A model generated the notes under the pieces. That model was not told the DNA's origin. It did no database searches and saw only the letters and a list, made by a program, of their open reading frames with translations. Shown piece after piece: positions 39,114 through 49,828 of a stretch of 64,000 nucleotides of DNA (positions are counted from its first letter, which is position 1; every line of letters starts with the position of its first letter). The position numbers and the translations under genes were made by a program. Origin of the DNA: Candidatus Entotheonellaceae bacterium (GTDB taxonomy: Bacteria; Tectomicrobia; Entotheonellia; Entotheonellales; Entotheonellaceae); assembly GCA_965238075.1 (NCBI GenBank), contig OZ250173.1, positions 2,976,001 to 3,040,000 of the forward strand, in the 5' to 3' direction.

Positions 39114-40196
39114 GTGATCAACCGGGAATCGGGCATATTTCAGACGAGCTACGAGGGCGATATGGCCCTCTACACGCTGCCGCTGGCCAGGAACACCACG
39201 CGGGCGGTGGTGGCGTTGCTGGTCCTGCTTCCCGTCCCGCTGATGATGGCGAGCAACGAGCACCTGATGAGCATCGCCACCACCATCACCCTGGCGGCCA
39301 TCGGCGCCATCGGCCTGAACCTTCTGGTCGGCTACACCGGGCAGATCTCCATCGGTCAGGGCGCCTTCATGATGGTCGGGGGGTACACCGCCGCCATCCT
39401 GTCGAGCCGCTACGGCATGCCCTTCTGGTTCGGCATCCTGGCGGGCGGCTGCACGACTGCGCTGGTCGGGGTTCTGTTCGGCATTCCGTCCCTGCGCATC
39501 AAGGGCCTGTACCTGGCCATCGCCACCCTGGCGGCGCAGCTCATCATCGAGTGGGTCATCAACCACGTGCCGTGGATCAGCGGCGGCGCGCAGTCCTCCA
39601 TCTACGTCGACAATCCGGTGCTGTTCGGTTTCGAGTTCAACACCGAGTTCCGGCGCTACTACCTGGTGCTGGTGGTCTTCCTGCTGGCCTTTTTCGGGGC
39701 CCAGAACCTGGTGCGGGGGCGCATCGGGCGGGCCTTCATCGCCATCCGCGACCGCGACATCGCGGCGGAGATCATCGGCGTCAATCTGTTTCGCTACAAG
39801 CTGCTGGCTTTCGCTATCAGCTCGTTCTATGCCGGTGTGGCGGGAGCGCTGTGGACGTACTACCTGCGCATCGCCAACTACGAGAATTTTGTCCTGGTGG
39901 TGTCGATCGAATACCTCGCGATGATCATCATCGGCGGCCTGGGCAGTGTGCTGGGGGCGGTCTTCGGGGCCATTTTCATCAAGCTGTTTCCCATTGCTCT
40001 GGACCTGACGGTGGTGAGCGTTTCAGAGGGTGTTTTCGGCATTCCATACCAGGATGTGGCCAATTTCCTGGCCAACATGCAGCTATTCCTGTTCGGCGCC
40101 TTGATCATCTTTTTCCTCACCGTCGAGCCGCAGGGGTTGGCTCGCATGTGGGAACACGTCAAACGGTACTTCCGATTGTGGCCTTACTCGTACTGA
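39114..40196 (+). CDS. ABC permease (LivM-like)
   Basis: GLNLLVGYTGQISIGQGAF, LRIKGLYLAIATLA, GRAFIAIRD; GTG start at 39114. Confidence 0.92.
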   Translation: MINRESGIFQTSYEGDMALYTLPLARNTTRAVVALLVLLPVPLMMASNEHLMSIATTITLAAIGAIGLNLLVGYTGQISIGQGAFMMVGGYTAAILSSRYGMPFWFGILAGGCTTALVGVLFGIPSLRIKGLYLAIATLAAQLIIEWVINHVPWISGGAQSSIYVDNPVLFGFEFNTEFRRYYLVLVVFLLAFFGAQNLVRGRIGRAFIAIRDRDIAAEIIGVNLFRYKLLAFAISSFYAGVAGALWTYYLRIANYENFVLVVSIEYLAMIIIGGLGSVLGAVFGAIFIKLFPIALDLTVVSVSEGVFGIPYQDVANFLANMQLFLFGALIIFFLTVEPQGLARMWEHVKRYFRLWPYSY

Positions 40197-40256
40197 AGTC
40201 GGAGCGGACAGGGTAGGGCGCATCGGGCAAACCTGCTTGCAGAAAGGAGAACTTCC

Positions 40257-41489
40257 ATGCAGTCGCGTTGCGCTACGAAATGGCTCGGTGGATTGGGTGT
40301 GCTGGTGGTACTGCTCGGCACCGGGGGGTTGCTGTCGGCCGATGAGATCGTCGTGGGCGGACAGTGCGACCGCACCGGCCCGACGAAGTTCATCGGCACG
40401 CTGCTGTGCCCCGGGGTGAACGACTACATCAAGCTGATCAACAAGAAGGGCGGGATCAAGGGCCATACGGTGCGCTATATTGAGGTGGAGCATGCCTACA
40501 AGGTCGACCGCGGTGTTGAGGCCTACGAACGCATCAAGCACGCGGGGGGTGTGGCGACGGTTGATTACGGCACGCCCATCGTGTACGCGCTGACGCCGCG
40601 GCACATGGAAGACAAAATTCCGGGCCTGACGCCGGGCTTCGGGCGCGCCGATGCGGCGGACGGCGAGCGCTTTCCGTATATCTTCCCGGTGGCTGCCTCG
40701 TATTGGTCGCAGGCGGGGGCGGCGATGCAATTCATCAAGGACCAGGGGGCCGCGGCGGGTGCCAAGGTCGCGTATATCTATTACGACAATCCCGCCGGGC
40801 GCGAGCCGCTGCCCATTTTCAGGCGCATTTGCGAGCAGGAAGGCTACAGCTGCCGCGAGTTTGCGGTGCCGCCGCCGGGTATCGAAATGGCCGCCGCGGT
40901 CCTGGACATCACGCGCCGCATGCGGGCCGAGTGGGTGGTCTCGCACCTGTTCGGCAAGGCGCCGGCCATTTCCATCCGCGAGTTTCGCAAGAACGGTTTC
41001 CCGCTGAACAAGGTGGTCAGTCTGGTATGGGGCGCCGGTGAGATGGATATGGTCGCTGCGGGCTGGAAGAACGCCCAGGGTTACCTGGGAATGCAATTTG
41101 CCGGCGTCGGGCGTGATTATCCGGTGATTCGCGAGATCATCAGCATGTATGAGGCGGAAGGGCGGGGGGTGCCGGAGATGGTCGGCCAGGTGTACTACAA
41201 CCGCGGCGTCTTTACGGCGGCGATCATCGTCGAGGGGCTGCGCCTGGCGGTGGAGAACTTCGGCCTGCCAGTAACCGGGGAAAAGGTGAAGATGGGCTAC
41301 GAGCGCATCACGGATTTCACCCTGGGCGGCTTCCTGCCGCCGCTCAGCGTCACCCCGCAGGATCACGAGGGCGGCGGCTGGGTGCGCATTTACGAGACCA
41401 TGGGCGAGGACCTGGTGCCGCACACCGAGTGGTTTCAGGGCTATCGGGACGTCGTCCTCGATGAGGTCAGGAAGGCGGCGCAGGAATAG
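40257..41489 (+). CDS. ABC substrate-binding protein (Liv/periplasmic BP type 1)
   Basis: Signal peptide; DRTGPT, INKKGGIKG, DNPAGRE; within Liv-type operon. Confidence 0.88.
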   Translation: MQSRCATKWLGGLGVLVVLLGTGGLLSADEIVVGGQCDRTGPTKFIGTLLCPGVNDYIKLINKKGGIKGHTVRYIEVEHAYKVDRGVEAYERIKHAGGVATVDYGTPIVYALTPRHMEDKIPGLTPGFGRADAADGERFPYIFPVAASYWSQAGAAMQFIKDQGAAAGAKVAYIYYDNPAGREPLPIFRRICEQEGYSCREFAVPPPGIEMAAAVLDITRRMRAEWVVSHLFGKAPAISIREFRKNGFPLNKVVSLVWGAGEMDMVAAGWKNAQGYLGMQFAGVGRDYPVIREIISMYEAEGRGVPEMVGQVYYNRGVFTAAIIVEGLRLAVENFGLPVTGEKVKMGYERITDFTLGGFLPPLSVTPQDHEGGGWVRIYETMGEDLVPHTEWFQGYRDVVLDEVRKAAQE

Positions 41490-41517
41490 GCGCGGCGAGC
41501 GGGGGGCCTGTCCGGCC

Positions 41518-42312
<795 letters not shown>

Positions 42313-42434
42313 CGGGCCGTCAGCGACGCGTCAGGCGCCATTCAGCTTGTCACCGCTGGGGTGGCGGCGTAGAGTAGGGTGCTGATTTTCCCAGGAGGCT
42401 TGGATGCCGCTGTCGGGACAAAGAGGACTTCACG

Positions 42435-43418
42435 ATGGTGACTGAAGTCACACCCTTGGAGAAGCAGGAAACGCGGCCCAGCCTCTGGCAGCGCTTGCTG
42501 GATTGGAGCGCTACGGACGCGCTCACGGGCTACGCCTTCGTTCTGCCGGCCTTCGGCTGGATCGCCGTGCTGGTGGCGATGCCGTTCTGCATCGCGCTGG
42601 CTTACAGCGTCAGCAATGCCTGGATCGATACCGAGTGGATTTGGGCGGAGTTCCTGGGCCTCCAGGAGGGAGAACTGGCGTTCCTGGGGCTGGACAATTT
42701 CATCGACTTGTTCGGCGACAGTATCTTTCTGCAGACGCTGCAAAATTCCATCGTGTTCTCAACCGCCTCGGTCGCCCTGAAGGCTATCCTGGGCCTCACA
42801 CTGGCGTTGCTGCTGAACCGCACCCTGCACTTCAACAAGGTAATCCGCGGCGCGTTGTTGCTGCCCTTCGTGGTGCCGACCGCCCTCAGCACGCTAGGGT
42901 GGTGGTGGATGTTCGACTCGCTATACAGCGTCATCAACTGGACGCTGGTGCATCTCAACCTGGCGGAACGCGGCCCGGCGTGGCTGTCTGACCCGTATCT
43001 GGCCATGCTGGCCGTCATCATCGTCAACACCTGGCGCGGCCTGCCGTTCTTCGCCATCACGGTGCTGGCCGGTCTGGTGTCGATCCCCAATGAGTTGTAC
43101 GAGGCCGCCGAAACGGACGGCGCTGCGGCGCTGCGGCGTTTCTGGCACATCACGCTGCCGCTGCTGCGCCCGGTGCTGGCGGTGGTGGTGCTGTTCTCGA
43201 CGATCTTCACGCTGGCCGAATTCAACATCATCTTCGTGCTGACCCGGGGCGGCCCGGAAAACATGACGCACCTTTTTTCCACCCTGTCATACACCTACGG
43301 ACTGATCGGCGGGCAACTCGGCTCCGGCGCCGCTATCTCGCTTTTCCTGTTTCCCTTCATGCTGGTGATCGTCTACTTCCAGTTGAAACTAATCCGTCGG
43401 GATACGACGTACGATTAG
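42435..43418 (+). CDS. Carbohydrate ABC permease (MalF-like)
   Basis: FLGLDNF, ELYEAAETDGA...FWHITLPLL EAA loop, LTRGGP. Confidence 0.9.
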   Translation: MVTEVTPLEKQETRPSLWQRLLDWSATDALTGYAFVLPAFGWIAVLVAMPFCIALAYSVSNAWIDTEWIWAEFLGLQEGELAFLGLDNFIDLFGDSIFLQTLQNSIVFSTASVALKAILGLTLALLLNRTLHFNKVIRGALLLPFVVPTALSTLGWWWMFDSLYSVINWTLVHLNLAERGPAWLSDPYLAMLAVIIVNTWRGLPFFAITVLAGLVSIPNELYEAAETDGAAALRRFWHITLPLLRPVLAVVVLFSTIFTLAEFNIIFVLTRGGPENMTHLFSTLSYTYGLIGGQLGSGAAISLFLFPFMLVIVYFQLKLIRRDTTYD

Positions 43419-43445
43419 CCGTCGGCGGGCAGGGGAGGCAAGCTG

Positions 43446-44702
43446 ATGCCGTTGGATGGGCGGCGTCATCCTGGCCTTTCAGGTGCTGGTGTTTGGCAAG
43501 CCGTTCTTTACGTGATGGAAAGGAACCTCGCAATGTGGCCCTCGGCACAATCGATTCATCTTGTTGGCGCGGCGTTCGCGCTGCTGCACGTGCTCGCCGG
43601 CATCGCCGCCGGACAGCCTCTTGTGGTGGTGCTTGGCGCCATCGGTTTGCTGCTGGCCTATGGCCTGCGGCGGCGCAGCGATTCCGTCCGCCTGGGGAGC
43701 ATCGTGCTGCTGACGCTGTACGTGCTGATGCGGCTGATTCTGGGTGTGTTCGCCTGGCGCGGCGCAGGGGCGGCGGTGCAGGTGCCGAACATCGTGGCCA
43801 TCCTCGGGTCGCTGTATCTGGTGCTGGCCTTGGGGCGCCTGGGCGCGGCGTTCGCCAGCAAGCGCGACATGTGGCTGGGGGTGTTTATCTCAAAATACCT
43901 GCCGTTGCTGCCGTACCTGTTTTTCGCCCTGTTCCCGTTGTACTTCATGATGGTCACGTCGCTGAAGACGGACAACGAACTGTACGACCTGGAAGCGGTG
44001 CCGTTCTGGATCACCGGCGCCGGGTTCACGGTCGACAACTACGGCTACCTGTTCGAGGAGACGCCGTACGTGGTATGGCTGATCAATACGCTGAAGGTCT
44101 CCATCAGCGCCACGGCGATCTCGGTGGCGATTGCCGTCCTGGCCGCCTACGCCCTCGCCCGTCTGAGCTTTCGCGGCGCCGAGACGTTCGGCGTGGCGGT
44201 GTTCGTGACCTACCTGGTGCCGCCGTCGCTGCTGTTCCTGCCCCTGGCGCGGGTGGTGGACAGCCTCGGCCTGTCGGACAGCACGCTGGCGCTGATCGTC
44301 ACCTATCCAACCTTTTTGATTCCGTTCTGCACGTGGCTGTTGATGGGGTATTTCCGCACCATCCCCAAGGAAATTGAAGAATGCGCCATGATCGACGGCT
44401 GTAACCGTATCCAGGCCCTGTTGCGCATCGTCCTCCCCATGGCCGTGCCGGGCATCATTTGCGCCGTCCTGTTTGGCTTCACCCTGTCCTGGAACGAGTT
44501 TCTCTACTCCCTGGTGTTCATCTCCAGCACCGGCGCCAAGACCATCTCCGTGGGTGTCATCTCCGAACTCATTCGAGGCGACATCTATTACTGGGGCCAG
44601 CTCATGGCCGGCGCCATGGTCGGCTCCATCCCCATCGTCGTTGCCTACGTCTTCTTCATGGATTACTACGTCTCCGGCCTCACCGCAGGAGCGGTCAAGT
44701 AG
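43446..44702 (+). CDS. Carbohydrate ABC permease (MalG-like) with extra N-terminal membrane region
   Basis: IPKEIEECAMIDG EAA loop, SWNEFLY; start uncertain (43446/43515/43533). Confidence 0.85.
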   Translation: MPLDGRRHPGLSGAGVWQAVLYVMERNLAMWPSAQSIHLVGAAFALLHVLAGIAAGQPLVVVLGAIGLLLAYGLRRRSDSVRLGSIVLLTLYVLMRLILGVFAWRGAGAAVQVPNIVAILGSLYLVLALGRLGAAFASKRDMWLGVFISKYLPLLPYLFFALFPLYFMMVTSLKTDNELYDLEAVPFWITGAGFTVDNYGYLFEETPYVVWLINTLKVSISATAISVAIAVLAAYALARLSFRGAETFGVAVFVTYLVPPSLLFLPLARVVDSLGLSDSTLALIVTYPTFLIPFCTWLLMGYFRTIPKEIEECAMIDGCNRIQALLRIVLPMAVPGIICAVLFGFTLSWNEFLYSLVFISSTGAKTISVGVISELIRGDIYYWGQLMAGAMVGSIPIVVAYVFFMDYYVSGLTAGAVK

Positions 44703-44824
44703 GTCGGATTCGAGAAGCGTAGTCCGACATTCCTATGAAAATAAGCCTGGAATGACCAATTTGAGGCGTGGAACAACCTGATTTTCATAGGAATGACGAA
44801 GATGCTTCTCGACGCCCAGCCTAC
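44699..44824. repeat. GTAG-type REP doublet (REPIN-like long hairpin)
   Basis: Outer arms GTAGG..TCGAGAAGC / GCTTCTCGA..CCTAC; inner perfect 15-bp IR CATTCCTATGAAAAT (44728-44742) / ATTTTCATAGGAATG (44781-44795). Confidence 0.7.
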
Positions 44825-44866
44825 GCCATCAATTCAAAGCTGTTGGACTACTAGCCGTCACGCAAG

Positions 44867-45412
44867 TCACCCGGCTGCGAAACGGTTCGACTGCCCCAGC
44901 AGTCGATGAATGCCCGCCGCCTTGCGGCGCAGATCATCCCCCTCGTTTCTGCTTTGTGCCGACACGTCATACGTCAGGTCCGCAACGGCATGATAGCGCT
45001 CGCGCCGCGCCTCCCACACCTGGGCAATTTCCGCTTCCGCAGGCCCCTGCCCGGTGAGGGACGGGCGGTGGCTGTGGCGGGCGATGCGCGCTGCCAAGAC
45101 CGACAGGTCGCAGACGAGCAGAACCACGACGCTGCATTCCCTTAGGACCCGCGTGTTTTCCGCGTCGATCAGGGCGCCGCCACCGACCGCGATGACGTGC
45201 TTGCGGAGCCGCGCGGCGTCCGCCACGACCTGGCGTTCCAGGTTGCGAAAATGGTCCCAGCCGTGCTGCGCCACGATGTCGTTGATGGACATGCCGGCGC
45301 GGCGCACGATGTCCTTATCAGTGTCGCGGAAACCGTAGCCCAACAGGCGGGCGAGGGCTCTGCCGAGGGTGCTTTTGCCGGTGCCGCGCAGGCCGGTCAG
45401 GACGACGTTCAC
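44867..45412 (-). CDS. aroK: Shikimate kinase
   Basis: GLRGTGKSTLG, DTD, FRNLE, AVGGG, RPSL; directly follows aroA. Confidence 0.92.
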   Translation of the reverse strand: MNVVLTGLRGTGKSTLGRALARLLGYGFRDTDKDIVRRAGMSINDIVAQHGWDHFRNLERQVVADAARLRKHVIAVGGGALIDAENTRVLRECSVVVLLVCDLSVLAARIARHSHRPSLTGQGPAEAEIAQVWEARRERYHAVADLTYDVSAQSRNEGDDLRRKAAGIHRLLGQSNRFAAG

Positions 45413-45415
45413 GCC

Positions 45416-46705
45416 TCACACCTTTTCGACGGATATGCCAATGTGCCGCAGGTCGTCCCAGAAGCTGGGGTAGGTCTTGGCGACGCAGTCCGGCTCGCGG
45501 ATGCGGATGCCCGGCAGGCGGGCGCCGGCCATGCCGAAGCACATGGCCATGCGGTGGTCGTCGTAGGTGTCGATTTCCGCGCCGTGCAGGGCGGCGGGGT
45601 TACCATCGATGTGCAGGCCGTCGGGCAATTCCGTCACCGCGGCGCCGATTTTGCGCAGTTCGGTGGCCAGGGCTCGTAGGCGGTCGGTTTCCTTCACGCG
45701 CAGGTTGGCGATGTTGCACAGGCGCGTTTCGCCTTGGCAGAAGGCGGCGAGCACGGCCACCGTCATGGCGGCGTCGGGGAGGGCATTGAGGTCGATGTCT
45801 TCTAGCGGCTGTAGCTGCCGTGGCCCCACCACGTGCCACCCCTGGCGCCGCGACACGGTGCAGCCCATGCGTTCCAGCACCTGCAGGAAGCGCGTGTCGC
45901 CCTGCACCGAATCGGGCGGCACATTGGTCACGCACATGGTTTGCCCGAGCAGGGCGGCGAGGCCCCAGAAATAGCTGGCCGAGGACGCATCGCCCTCGAT
46001 GGCGTAGTCTCGGGCTGCGTATACCTGCCGCCCCGGAATGCGAAACAACCGGTAATCGTCGTGCGCCACTTCGACGCCAAAGCGCGCCATGATGTCCAGG
46101 GTCAGGTCGACGTAGGGCACCGACACCAGGGTGTCCTGGACCTCCAGCACCACGTCATGCCGGGCGTAGGGCGCCGCCATCAGCAGGGCAGACAGAAACT
46201 GGCTGCTGATGGCGCCCGAGACGGTGGCGTGGCCGCCTTGCAGGCGTGTGGCGCCAACGCGGACCGGAGGGCAGCCGTTGTCGCGTTCGCTGGTGACATC
46301 GGCGCCGAGCTGAGCGAGGGCGGTGAGCAGGTCGGCGATGGGGCGCTCCTGCATCCGCTCATTGCCGGTGATCGTGCTGGGGAATCCCGCCAGGGTCATC
46401 ATGGCGGTCAGGAACCGGGTTGCGGTGCCGGAATTGCCGAGGAAGAGGGGTGTGCCGGGGTCGCTGAATTGCCCGCCCAGCCCGTGCACGGTGAAGACGC
46501 CGCCGTCGTGCGTGACCTGGATCCCCAGGCGTTCGAGAGCCGCGCGGGCAACGCGCGTATCGTCGCTGTTCAGGACGTCGCGCAGGGTGCTCGTGCCATC
46601 GGCCACGGCGGCGATGGTCAGGGCGCGGTTGGTATAGCTCTTGGAGCCGGGAACGGCGTGTTCCGGCGCGATGCCGGGGGTTGGGATAACCTCGATGCGT
46701 TCCAT
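45416..46705 (-). CDS. aroA: 3-phosphoshikimate 1-carboxyvinyltransferase
   Basis: PGSKSYTNRAL, GNSGTATRF, SSQFLSALL, RVKETDR, DDHRMAM. Confidence 0.97.
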   Translation of the reverse strand: MERIEVIPTPGIAPEHAVPGSKSYTNRALTIAAVADGTSTLRDVLNSDDTRVARAALERLGIQVTHDGGVFTVHGLGGQFSDPGTPLFLGNSGTATRFLTAMMTLAGFPSTITGNERMQERPIADLLTALAQLGADVTSERDNGCPPVRVGATRLQGGHATVSGAISSQFLSALLMAAPYARHDVVLEVQDTLVSVPYVDLTLDIMARFGVEVAHDDYRLFRIPGRQVYAARDYAIEGDASSASYFWGLAALLGQTMCVTNVPPDSVQGDTRFLQVLERMGCTVSRRQGWHVVGPRQLQPLEDIDLNALPDAAMTVAVLAAFCQGETRLCNIANLRVKETDRLRALATELRKIGAAVTELPDGLHIDGNPAALHGAEIDTYDDHRMAMCFGMAGARLPGIRIREPDCVAKTYPSFWDDLRHIGISVEKV

Positions 46706-46761
46706 GCGCGGCTCGTAGGATGACCCCGGGCGGGAAACGATGCCGGAGTGGGGAGGGAAGG

Positions 46762-46836
46762 TACCCCCGAGACGATTCGAACGTCCGACACACGGCTCCG
46801 GAGGCCGTTGCTCTATCCATGCTGAGCTACGGGGGC
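46762..46836 (-). tRNA. tRNA-Arg (anticodon CCG), CCA end not encoded
   Basis: GCCCCCG/CGGGGGT acceptor stem, TAGCTCAG..GGATAGAGC D arm, ACGGC-CTCCGGA-GCCGT anticodon arm, GTTCGAATC T loop; followed by CCT. Confidence 0.95.
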
Positions 46837-46937
46837 ACGGCTAAACGAAGCCATACTATAACTGAGTTCGCCGGGCTTGGACAACATCTTTTCTCGGTCT
46901 GCGCAAGCGCCGGTGCCGTCATGTTATAGTTTCGCAC

Positions 46938-47558
46938 ATGTATAGCGATCGACAGAAAGACTCACGAGGCGTTTCGCCTTCATTCAGCGAAAAACAGAGA
47001 TTGTGTCATCCTGGCCGCTCGCGGTTTTGGCATTGGCACGGCTTGGTGCTTCTGGCTGTCGTCGGGTTGACGGTGTGGGGCTGCGGGTACACGCTCATCG
47101 GCTCGCCGTCTGGCGGGTTGGACAAGCGGGTTGCCGCTGTGGCCGTGGAGCCGTTCACCAACGGAACGCGCGAGCCCCAGATAGAACATTACGCCACCGC
47201 GGCGTTGCGTCAGGCGCTGATGGAGGGACGGGGGTTCGGGTTGACCTCGGCGGCTGCGGCTCAAACACGGGTGCAGGGCCGCGTTCGCCGCTTTCGCGCA
47301 ACGGCGCTATCATACGGCCCCAACGACAGGGTGTTGGAGTACCGCCTCGAAGCCGACATCCGCGTTTCTGTTCTGAGCGGGGAGGAGCCGCAGCCGCTGC
47401 TGCAGCATGACATCCCGGCGCGGGCCGAGTACCTGGTGTCGCGCAGCGGGGACGTGCGCGAGGAGGCTGTGGCACGCGAGGCCGCCCTGGCCCTGTTGGC
47501 GCGGCAGTTTGCCGATCGTTGCGCCGCCTGGCTGACCATCGCCTTATTGGAAGGGTGA
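46938..47558 (+). CDS. lptE: LptE-like lipoprotein
   Basis: Lipobox-like VWGCGY; AVEPFTNGTREP; immediately upstream of holA; start uncertain. Confidence 0.7.
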   Translation: MYSDRQKDSRGVSPSFSEKQRLCHPGRSRFWHWHGLVLLAVVGLTVWGCGYTLIGSPSGGLDKRVAAVAVEPFTNGTREPQIEHYATAALRQALMEGRGFGLTSAAAAQTRVQGRVRRFRATALSYGPNDRVLEYRLEADIRVSVLSGEEPQPLLQHDIPARAEYLVSRSGDVREEAVAREAALALLARQFADRCAAWLTIALLEG

Positions 47559-47562
47559 CCGC

Positions 47563-48567
47563 ATGCCGCGTCTTGCCATCGCCGACTTCTGGCGTCGATT
47601 GGACCAAGGCACCATCGATCCGTTCTACCTCTTCTTTGGCCAGGAAGCCTACCTGATCCGCGAGTACACCGAGACCCTGACAGCCCGCATTCTCGGCGCC
47701 GCGCCACGCGATTTCAATTACGACCGCTATGCCATGGCGGACCGCGACAGCCTCGCCGAAGCGCTGGGAACGGCCCGCACGCTGCCCGTCATGGCGATGT
47801 ATCGGGTGGTGGTGGCACAGGATTTACAGGAGTTGCGCAAAGCCGATTGGCAGCTGTTGGAAGGCTATGTGACGTCGCCTTCCGAGAGCACGGCATTGAT
47901 CGCCGGCAGCCGGGACAGCGAGCCGAAGAAGTTCCCCGAATTTGTGTGGAAGCATGCGACGGCGGTGGCCTGCGCGCCACTGGACGGCGGCAACCTGCGC
48001 GGCTGGGTGGCCAAGGCGGTGACAGAGGCAGGTTACAGCATTACCGATCAAGCCATTCGCGGCTTGTTGCAAGATCATGACCCCGACCTGCGCATTCTGG
48101 AGCGCGAGATCGAGAAACTGTGTACGTACGTGGGCGAGCCGGGAGAGGTGAGCCTGGAAGACGTGCAGGCGGTAGGGCAGGCGTCGCGGCAGCATTCCCT
48201 CTTTGCGCTGTCCGACGCGCTCGGCGGCCGCCAACCGGGGCCGGCGTTGCTGGAAGTCGACCACCTGCTCAATCAGGGCGAGCCGCCGCTCGTCGTCATG
48301 AGCATGATCGTGCGGCACTTCCGCCTGTTGTGGACCATCAAGCAACTCGCCGGCCAAGATCAGGATCGTTACCACATCGCCAAGACGCTGCGCCTACCGC
48401 CCAACGTGTGCCGCACCCTGATGGCGCAGAGCGGGTTCTTTTCTGCCGAGCGATTGCAGGAATTATATGGGGCTGCTTTGGAGGCAGATCTGACGTTCAA
48501 AAGCACGAACAAACCCCCGCGGACTATTCTGGAGGGGTTGGTTCTCCAGTTGTGCGCGGGGGTTTAA
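47563..48567 (+). CDS. holA: DNA polymerase III subunit delta
   Basis: YLFFGQEAYLI, ARTLPVMA..RVVV, EIEKLCTY, LFALSDAL, DLTFKS. Confidence 0.92.
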   Translation: MPRLAIADFWRRLDQGTIDPFYLFFGQEAYLIREYTETLTARILGAAPRDFNYDRYAMADRDSLAEALGTARTLPVMAMYRVVVAQDLQELRKADWQLLEGYVTSPSESTALIAGSRDSEPKKFPEFVWKHATAVACAPLDGGNLRGWVAKAVTEAGYSITDQAIRGLLQDHDPDLRILEREIEKLCTYVGEPGEVSLEDVQAVGQASRQHSLFALSDALGGRQPGPALLEVDHLLNQGEPPLVVMSMIVRHFRLLWTIKQLAGQDQDRYHIAKTLRLPPNVCRTLMAQSGFFSAERLQELYGAALEADLTFKSTNKPPRTILEGLVLQLCAGV

Positions 48568-48842
48568 GCGGGTTGACTGGCGAGCGTCGCGACCTTGCGG
48601 GTGAGGCGAGAGATGCGCCGGGAAGCCTGGTTCCTGTGGATAATGCCCTTGGTGGTGGCTTTGCCCAAGGCGCGCACCGCAACGGGAAGCTCGGCTTGAG
48701 CGGTGGGAACGTCTTTGCGCGCGACGGCCGAGGTGACGCGCCGGATGGTGGTGCGCAGGGCCGAGCGCAGCATGGTGTTACGCTCATTGCGCTTCTTGTT
48801 TTGGCGGTTGCGTTTCACTGCTGAGGGATGACGATTTGCCAT
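48564..48842 (-). CDS. rpsT: 30S ribosomal protein S20
   Basis: MANRHPSAVKRNRQNKKRNERN...KGIIHRNQASRRISRL. Confidence 0.97.
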   Translation of the reverse strand: MANRHPSAVKRNRQNKKRNERNTMLRSALRTTIRRVTSAVARKDVPTAQAELPVAVRALGKATTKGIIHRNQASRRISRLTRKVATLASQPA

Positions 48843-48870
48843 AAATAAGGTCTCCTTTTGGTGAGCGGGC

Positions 48871-48900
48871 AGTATAGCAAGGGGGTCGCGGAGGTGTCAA
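48871..48900 (-). promoter_or_regulatory. sigma70 promoter of rpsT
   Basis: TTGACA-18 bp-TATACT with extended TGn; AAGGAG RBS downstream. Confidence 0.7.
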
Positions 48901-48979
48901 CGATTCGCCGAGATTGTAAAGGAGCTTGCGGAATCCTCTCGAGTGAACTAATCTGTATGGACTAAGCGGAGAAGGTATT

Positions 48980-49225
48980 ATGCGTATCGTCAACATGCAC
49001 GAAGCCAAGACGCATCTCTCGCGTCTCGTTCAGGCGGCGGCCAATGGCGAGCCGTTCATCATAGCGCGGGCGGGTAAACCGGTGGTCAAGGTTATGGCAG
49101 TGGAAACACTGGGGCTCGGAGCGACGCGCCGAACCGGGTTTCTGGCTGGCAAGATTTCTGTGCCGAAGGACTTTGACCGCATGGCGTCCGCCGAGATCGA
49201 AGCCTTGTTTGAGACGGACACGTGA
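48980..49225 (+). CDS. Phd/YefM-family antitoxin
   Basis: VNMHEAKTHLSRLV...GEPFIIARAGKPVVKV. Confidence 0.92.
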   Translation: MRIVNMHEAKTHLSRLVQAAANGEPFIIARAGKPVVKVMAVETLGLGATRRTGFLAGKISVPKDFDRMASAEIEALFETDT

Positions 49226-49611
49226 GCTTCCTTCTTGACACGCATGTTCTGCTCTGGGCGGCGGGTATGCCAGAGCGGCTGCCGGGCGAGGTACGGGCGA
49301 TGATCGAAAACCTGGAGACCGAGTTGATCTTCAGTGCTGCGTCCCTCTGGGAGATTGCCATCAAGAGTGGACTCGGGCGCGCGGATTTCAGGGTCGATCC
49401 GCGTCTTCTGCGCCGGGGATTGCTGGAGAATGACTATACGGAACTGGCCGTGACAGGCGCCCATGCGGTGGTTGTGGATCTGCTGCCGCCAATCCACCGG
49501 GATCCATTCGACCGTATTCTGATTGCGCAGGCTCAGGTCGAAGGGATTACCCTATTGACGACGGACGAAGTCGTAGGGCGCTACCCAGGACCGATCGAGG
49601 TGCTTCGATAA
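49222..49611 (+). CDS. vapC: PIN-domain VapC toxin
   Basis: LLDTHVLLW, SAASLWEIAIK, HRDPFDRILIAQA; GTGA overlap with antitoxin. Confidence 0.92.
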   Translation: MSFLLDTHVLLWAAGMPERLPGEVRAMIENLETELIFSAASLWEIAIKSGLGRADFRVDPRLLRRGLLENDYTELAVTGAHAVVVDLLPPIHRDPFDRILIAQAQVEGITLLTTDEVVGRYPGPIEVLR

Positions 49612-49828
49612 ACACCGGCGAACCGCTGATCTTTCGGCGCCGCGGCCGACGACACGGTTGAAAGGCGTGGATGGACGCCGACGGCCGAGCCGTCGCCCAA
49701 GTGGTCGGCAATCCCATGGGGCCATGCAGGCTTCAGATGCCGGATTACGCCGGCGGCTAATCCGACCTGCCCATCGCGGATAGGGTGCCGGACGGCGTTG
49801 GTCGCCATACCTTACGGAGTGAGCATAA

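Noticed and set aside
46762-46836. tRNA-Arg as integration site of an island
   Set aside because: Flanked by housekeeping genes; no integrase or duplicated tRNA 3' end seen.
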